Shown here piece by piece: positions 8,001 through 11,414 of a stretch of DNA of 11,414 nt (the first letter of the stretch is position 1; every line of letters starts with the position of its first letter). The position numbers and the translations under genes were made by a program. The stretch lies in contig JBBSQY010000072.1 in NCBI GenBank assembly GCA_038243585.1, positions 1 through 11,414 on the forward strand, in the 5' to 3' direction. The stretch is from Candidatus Sumerlaeales bacterium (GTDB lineage Bacteria; Sumerlaeota; Sumerlaeia; Sumerlaeales; Sumerlaeaceae). The notes below the pieces were generated by a model, which did no database searches, was not told the DNA's origin, and was given only the letters and a program-made list of their open reading frames with translations.

Positions 8001-8303
8001 GTGCTGATCTTCATCTTCATATTCATAGCTGGCACCCTGTTGACTGCGGCTGCTTACCTTTACATCTCAACAAATTCTCATTATGATTCGCTACCCCTTG
8101 CGGTTAAAACCGGGAGTGAAGCCCGCGCGCATTTCGGCCTAATTTCTTCATTAGGCGGCCTTTTAGCCATGGGCTGCTATGCAATTATATCTCTGCTAGA
8201 TCCTTACGGAAACCATGCGGCCGAAAAGGCAGAAAAATTAGAAAAGCAGAAGCGCGCATTGCTGATGGAAGAAATACGAAAAAACCGGGCGCGACGCCAA
8301 TAG
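8001..8303 (+). CDS. Hypothetical small membrane protein (two hydrophobic segments, basic/charged C-terminal helix)
   Basis: Hydrophobic LIFIFIFIAGTLLTAAAYLYI and FGLISSLGGLLAMGCYAIISLL segments, then AEKAEKLEKQKRALLMEEIRKNRARRQ. GTG start with a weak RBS. The frame is open upstream to 7845, so the start is uncertain. Confidence 0.55.
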   Translation: MLIFIFIFIAGTLLTAAAYLYISTNSHYDSLPLAVKTGSEARAHFGLISSLGGLLAMGCYAIISLLDPYGNHAAEKAEKLEKQKRALLMEEIRKNRARRQ

Positions 8304-8403
8304 ACAGCAAAACCACATAACCTTGTTTGCCGATCACTTCGAATTAGATCATTTGTTCTGCGCCGTGTGACGATAATGTCTGGTAACTTGTCTCTCTTTC
8401 GAT

Positions 8404-9465
8404 ATGGTCATAAAGGATCCCAAAGGGCGCGGAGCCAGCGGCAATCCAAGCAACCGTTTTGAGCGATTGCACGTGGAACCCGATTATGAAGCCCTCCTTA
8501 CAGACGATGTGGGGGACAGGATCGACACGACTTACCTCGCCGTCTCAAGTAAATCCATCCTTACCAAAAACGACAGTCCTGATATGGGTTTTCGTTACAG
8601 TGTTAATCCCTATTCCGGCTGCACCCACGGGTGCTCTTACTGTTACGCGCGGCCGTATCATGAGTATTGGGGAATGTCAGCAGGGCTTGATTTTGAGACA
8701 AAGATTCTAGTGAAAAAGGAAGCGGCCAAGCTGCTGCGCACGTCGCTGGACAAACCGAGTTACGAGCCGGACATCATAGCCATGAGCGGCGTGACGGATT
8801 GTTATCAGCCAGGGGAGAAACAGTTTGAGCTGACCCGGCAGTGCCTTAATGTGCTTGCGGAATACCGTAACCCGGTGGGAATCATAACCAAAAACCGCTT
8901 GGTAACGCGCGACATTGACATTCTGGCGGAGATGGCGGCCTGGGGAGGCGCGTGCGTTTATATGTCCATTACGACTCTTGATCCTGTGCTCAGCGGAAAA
9001 CTCGAGCCGGGAGCGTCCCGCCCGCAGGCCCGTCTGGATGCGATTACGGCGCTGGCTGCGGCGGGAATACCCGTGGGGGTAAATGCCGCTCCAATGATTC
9101 CCGGTCTGACGGATGCCGAACTTCCCGCTATAATCAAAGCATCCGCAGATGCCGGCGCCACCTTCGCCGGCTACTCGGTGGTGCGTCTGCCCGGTGCGGT
9201 GCATGGAATTTTCGAAGGATGGCTGGAGAAAAACGCCCCCGATTCGACTTCAAAAGTCATGAACAAAATTCGAGAAGTCCACGGCGGAAAAGTAAGCGAC
9301 AGCCGGTTCGGAACTCGCATGAAAGGGGAGGGAGAATATGCTGGGCAGCTTCGTGGGCTGTTTAACGCCGCCTGTCGAAGAGCCGCAATTACCGGCGGGT
9401 CCCCAAGATTGTGTTCAGATCAGTTCCGCCGCCCGCCGCGCGGGCAACTCGACCTGTTCGGCTAA
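8404..9465 (+). CDS. PA0069/Rv2578c-type radical SAM protein (SplB/spore photoproduct lyase-like, putative DNA repair)
   Basis: N-terminal KGRGASGNPSNRFE, SVNPYSGCTHGCSYCYARPYHEY (CxxxCxxC), GLDFETKILVK, SGVTDCYQP, ITKNRLVTRDID, LEPGAS, APMIPGLTD, RFGTRMKGEG, C-terminal QLDLF. Confidence 0.9.
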   Translation: MVIKDPKGRGASGNPSNRFERLHVEPDYEALLTDDVGDRIDTTYLAVSSKSILTKNDSPDMGFRYSVNPYSGCTHGCSYCYARPYHEYWGMSAGLDFETKILVKKEAAKLLRTSLDKPSYEPDIIAMSGVTDCYQPGEKQFELTRQCLNVLAEYRNPVGIITKNRLVTRDIDILAEMAAWGGACVYMSITTLDPVLSGKLEPGASRPQARLDAITALAAAGIPVGVNAAPMIPGLTDAELPAIIKASADAGATFAGYSVVRLPGAVHGIFEGWLEKNAPDSTSKVMNKIREVHGGKVSDSRFGTRMKGEGEYAGQLRGLFNAACRRAAITGGSPRLCSDQFRRPPRGQLDLFG

Positions 9466-9506
9466 AGTCAAATCTTGACGGACTACTTTTTATCGGACAG
9501 CGGAAT

Positions 9507-10895
9507 CTAAAAGCGACTTCTAATCCGCAAGGTTCTAATATAACTTAATATCCAAACAAAGCCTGGAGGAATCAGGCTAAATATCCAAGGCTGGAGCGGG
9601 ATTCGATAACGGGCAAGGTCGCCTGTGTTGATCGCACAGTGAATTAAGACGTTATATAGCGCTGTCCCCACAATTAAGCCGACACCTAAAAGAGTGATTT
9701 TGTCAAGTCGACTAATAAAAACCGTTAACAATGTCAGTATCGCGAAAGCATATAACCCCCACATTCTGGTGGCCCGTAGCCATAATTGCTCGTGCATTAT
9801 ATGGTCAACTCTGTGCCAGAACGGACTTGCATCGATGGATTTTTGAAGACCGGAATCGGCGTAATAGGCCGCTGGAGAATCCGCTGTCATAACGAGGCAT
9901 CCGTCGGCCACTTGCTTCAGGTAAGCGGGAAAATTACGTAGGATAAGCCACTTTGCCAACTTGAGATATTCTGGGGAGATCTCATACACCTTCTGATGGG
10001 TACGTTCTTCCAGTTCGTCCATGGCCGGAAAAATCGCATGGGCCGGATGGATACCGGTCGCGAGTGATCGCTGAAGTGCTTCTTTATACGGGCTGAATTG
10101 CGGTGTTGGGGCCTGGTCAATAAATTCGGAGGTATGACTTATCAATACCGAGCCGGTGGCGGTCGACAACGTAAAAGCGCCGGTATCGCGATAGATTTTG
10201 TAACTCCACCCGAACAGCAGGGTTTGAGTAACAATAGCTACCGAAAGATACCACCTCAACTCTCGCCAATCAGTACGGAACCGGAAGTTGCATAGTGCCC
10301 CGATGATTAAAAACGTCCACCCGAGTAGCTGGAAACTCGGCCTTACCATGACGAGACAGAACAAGACAACACCGAGTACAATCGCTGTCCAGTACGGTTT
10401 TGTTTTTGGAACTAAGAAAATCCAGAAGGCAGCCGTGATCAGGAAAAATGTGAGCGTTTCGGTCAAAATATGCTGTCGGAACATCAGTGTTTGCAGGTCC
10501 AGACAAGAGAACAAAACCGCCATGGCGGCTACAATGGGTTTAACGGCAAGCCGGAGATATACGGCATACATAAGGGGGAGAGTCAATACGCCCATACAAA
10601 ATTGCACGGCCATAACAGCGGCGTGTAAGTGCGCCTTTCCCGCGACAGCTTGCACCAGCCATAGAAATACCGGATAGCCAGGAGTCCGGTTGTAGAATTC
10701 GCCCCAATTCCCCCTGCTTAGTTCATCACTTAGATGTTCATAATAAATGCTGTCGGGAAACACAACCGGGGTGGCATGTCGCCAACACCATATTTGCGAT
10801 ACAACGTAAATTATGAGAACAACAATAAAAGCTACGTGAGTGGCGAAAAGGACGCGTAGCGCTTTGGGGAAATGGCGAGTGTCGCCAATGCCCAT
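9507..10895 (-). CDS. Polytopic membrane protein, probable GT-C-fold (ArnT/PMT_2-like) glycosyltransferase
   Basis: Multiple hydrophobic helices. An acidic residue follows TM1 (FPDSIYY), then RTPGYPVFL, ILTETL, VRP and C-terminal RYRIP, a pattern typical of lipid-phosphosugar-dependent transferases. Start is TTG 10898 or ATG 10895; an in-frame stop lies just upstream. Confidence 0.7.
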   Translation of the reverse strand: MGIGDTRHFPKALRVLFATHVAFIVVLIIYVVSQIWCWRHATPVVFPDSIYYEHLSDELSRGNWGEFYNRTPGYPVFLWLVQAVAGKAHLHAAVMAVQFCMGVLTLPLMYAVYLRLAVKPIVAAMAVLFSCLDLQTLMFRQHILTETLTFFLITAAFWIFLVPKTKPYWTAIVLGVVLFCLVMVRPSFQLLGWTFLIIGALCNFRFRTDWRELRWYLSVAIVTQTLLFGWSYKIYRDTGAFTLSTATGSVLISHTSEFIDQAPTPQFSPYKEALQRSLATGIHPAHAIFPAMDELEERTHQKVYEISPEYLKLAKWLILRNFPAYLKQVADGCLVMTADSPAAYYADSGLQKSIDASPFWHRVDHIMHEQLWLRATRMWGLYAFAILTLLTVFISRLDKITLLGVGLIVGTALYNVLIHCAINTGDLARYRIPLQPWIFSLIPPGFVWILSYIRTLRIRSRF

Positions 10896-11267
10896 CAAAG
10901 TCGAACCTGAAGATGAAAAGGTTCGAAATTATCTCGCGCATTCTTTTCTTTTAGCGGGTAATATATCATTGTCGCACCGCCATTCGTTGGTCGGTTCTAC
11001 TCCACAACACTGTCGAGCAGTACAATGATGATAAACTGTGCCGGCTTGGCGAACTGCTCGCCATGTTAAACGAGGAAAATTTGCGGAGCTCGTTAATTTC
11101 GCCCCCAGCAAAGCTTTTCATTTTATCCAATCTCTTAGTATATCCTATACGTCGCTCCGGCGCTGTATCTGAAGGAGATGACTTTATGTGGGCATTGCAC
11201 GCAAGATAAATTGCCGGAAGCTCACCGCAGTAGTTGTTTTGATAAATCGAAAACCATAAAACCTTAA

Positions 11268-11414
11268 CTATCGTGCTCGCGCCCGTACCGGTATCCGAAT
11301 CACTATTCCGTCGGCCAGCCCGTATATCTGATCGCCCGGTTCCGGGCGCACTCGGGCCGAGCCCGTAAACCCCCCGAACGCCGGCAGCAGCGCGTGATCT
11401 GTAGAAAACAAAAA
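11268..11414 (-). CDS. pdeM: 3' end of a PdeM-like ligase-associated DNA damage response metallophosphoesterase (partial, not in ORF track)
   Basis: Manual translation of the - strand from 11414 gives FLFSTDHALLPAFGGFTGSARVRPEPGDQIYGLADGIVIRIPVRARAR*, with stop TAG at 11270-11268. LPAFGxFTG is the C-terminal signature I recall for this metallophosphoesterase family. Confidence 0.75.
   Translation of the reverse strand, partial: FLFSTDHALLPAFGGFTGSARVRPEPGDQIYGLADGIVIRIPVRARAR

Noticed and set aside
7897..8007. 36-aa GTG-started ORF (MKTKHGLQ...) overlapping the start of ORF 8001
   Set aside because: Weak RBS and no recognisable features; cannot be distinguished from chance.
9467..9491. GTCAA-atc-TTGAC hairpin after the radical SAM gene
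   Set aside because: A 5-bp AT-rich stem separated from the T run; insufficient for a terminator call.
1..11414. CRISPR array, tRNA/rRNA, IS or prophage elements
   Set aside because: No regularly spaced repeats, cloverleaf-like sequences, transposase or integrase ORFs, or terminal inverted repeats seen by eye.

Overview
Bacterial genomic window with mostly core genes and a short accessory stretch at the right. On the + strand: a 5'-truncated IolB/KduI-family cupin isomerase, kduD, rpmF (L32), plsX and a long-form secA. Convergent with secA on the - strand is a bacterial archaeo-eukaryotic release-factor-like gene (baeRF3 type, candidate Balon-like ribosome hibernation factor) with a good sigma54-type promoter match upstream. 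Next come a small two-helix membrane ORF and a PA0069/SplB-like radical SAM protein ending in a QLDLF beta-clamp motif (both +), a GT-C-fold membrane glycosyltransferase (-), and the 3' end of a PdeM-like metallophosphoesterase (-, missing from the ORF track). The most notable observations are a ~56-aa beta-rich insertion in the SecA preprotein-binding domain, the sigma54-like site ahead of the release-factor-like gene, and an IolB-like enzyme standing where kduI usually sits next to kduD. I saw no CRISPR array, tRNA/rRNA or mobile element. All family calls rest on motif recognition by eye; no searches were run.
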